A DNA stretch of 63,814 bases, filler included, from Octopus bimaculoides (Eukaryota): NCBI RefSeq assembly GCF_001194135.2. It is 6 parts of 5 records of this genome, joined end to end, with 100 filler letters (N's around TTAATTAATTAA, not from the genome) between each part and the next. Parts side by side here need not be neighbours in the genome. Positions count along the whole stretch, not along the records: positions 62,729 to 63,814 come from NW_026406874.1; 5 more parts are not named here. One strand, given 5' to 3'. Numbering within the stretch: position 1 is the first letter of the stretch; every line of letters starts with the position of its first letter. Shown piece after piece: positions 62,729 through 63,814 of the stretch. The notes beneath the pieces are model-generated. The model was not told the DNA's origin, ran no database searches, and was given only the letters and a program-made list of their open reading frames with translations. Both the position numbers and the translations under genes were made by a program.

Positions 62729-63814
62729 CTCTCTCTCTCTCTCTCTCTCCCTCAATTGCTCTATATCTTTTCTTTCTCTAACACACACAACCTCTTTCAT
62801 TTCTTCACTCGAACACACAGGTCCGCTCGTCGCCAATACTCTCTCATTTTCTCCTCGTCACCCACCTACTCTCTCTTTCTTTCTCTCTACGCCTCTCTCT
62901 TTCTCTCACTCTATATCTTTCCCTCTCTCAAACACTCATTCCTTTCTCCCATACACGTAGTAGACCCACTCTATCGTTTTTCTTCTATCAGTCTCACTAT
63001 CTCCTTATCGCTCTATATATATATATATATATTGTCTCCCCTATACAACCTCTTTCACTTTCCCACTCTAACACACTCACACACTCATATAGTCTCTCCC
63101 TCTCTCTCTCTCTCTCACCCTGTATCTGCCACCCTTTCTCTAACTCTCTCTCTCTCTCTCTCCCTCAATGTTCAAACTACTACAACTATTACTACTACTA
63201 CTACTACCAATAATAATAATAATAATAATAGTGATTGTAATCAGAAGGAAAAAACCTTCAAAACTAATATAACCAGCTTCTTGATGAGGTTACTTCGCCT
63301 TTTAATGGTTTTATCTAGTTTCGTTTTTGTGTTACGCTTTACATTTCTGATATTGACTTATCTATATTTATGGGAGGAGAAAAAGAAAAAAATTGACGAA
63401 ACACAAAAAAAGTATAAGCAAAAAAAACAAAAAAAAACTACCTACCTTATACATACACACACCAAATTCCCATACGAACTCGCATGTATGTATGTATGTA
63501 TATGTGTGTGTGTGCGTGTGCGTGTGTGTGTTTGTACATATGTTTGTGTATATATGTATAAATGTATGTATGTTTCTATATGTCTGTATATATATATATG
63601 CATGTATGTATACATACAAACATACACGCACACACACATATATTCGCTATACACATGCTTGTATACAAACACACACATACATACAAACATACATACATGT
63701 ATATATGTATATATATATATACATACATGCTTATATGTATACGTGCACGCATGTATACAAACATGATTAGAATATTCAATATATGTTGCATATACATATA
63801 TACATACATACATA

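Overview
AT-rich, repeat-saturated eukaryotic DNA with many N gaps. The microsatellites and SINE/RTE families look like a coleoid cephalopod, probably Octopus (inference, not verified). I could not recognise any intact host protein-coding gene. The window is mostly decayed mobile elements. Retroelements: several tRNA-headed SINE families (my labels B-F), RTE LINE copies, a near-complete CR1/L2-group LINE with a CCCH-finger ORF1, and an R4/Dong-type tail inside (TAA)n. DNA elements: two mariners, a Chapaev-type transposase, pogo/Tigger, hAT and Helitron remnants, and TTAA MITEs. Five identical 100-bp N44-TTAATTAATTAA-N44 spacers are assembly joins, so adjacency across them is uncertain. The most unusual signals are a foldable minimal hammerhead-ribozyme motif (61806-61847) with related motifs elsewhere, a ~975-bp near-complete palindrome (29760-30734), a 3' tail shared between the CR1-like LINE and the commonest SINE, two pre-miRNA/MITE-sized hairpins, and a tentative minus-strand micro-exon chain with an AG|GTAAGT recursive-splice-like site. 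All protein and family calls come from manual translation and motif recall. No database search was run, and element boundaries are approximate.
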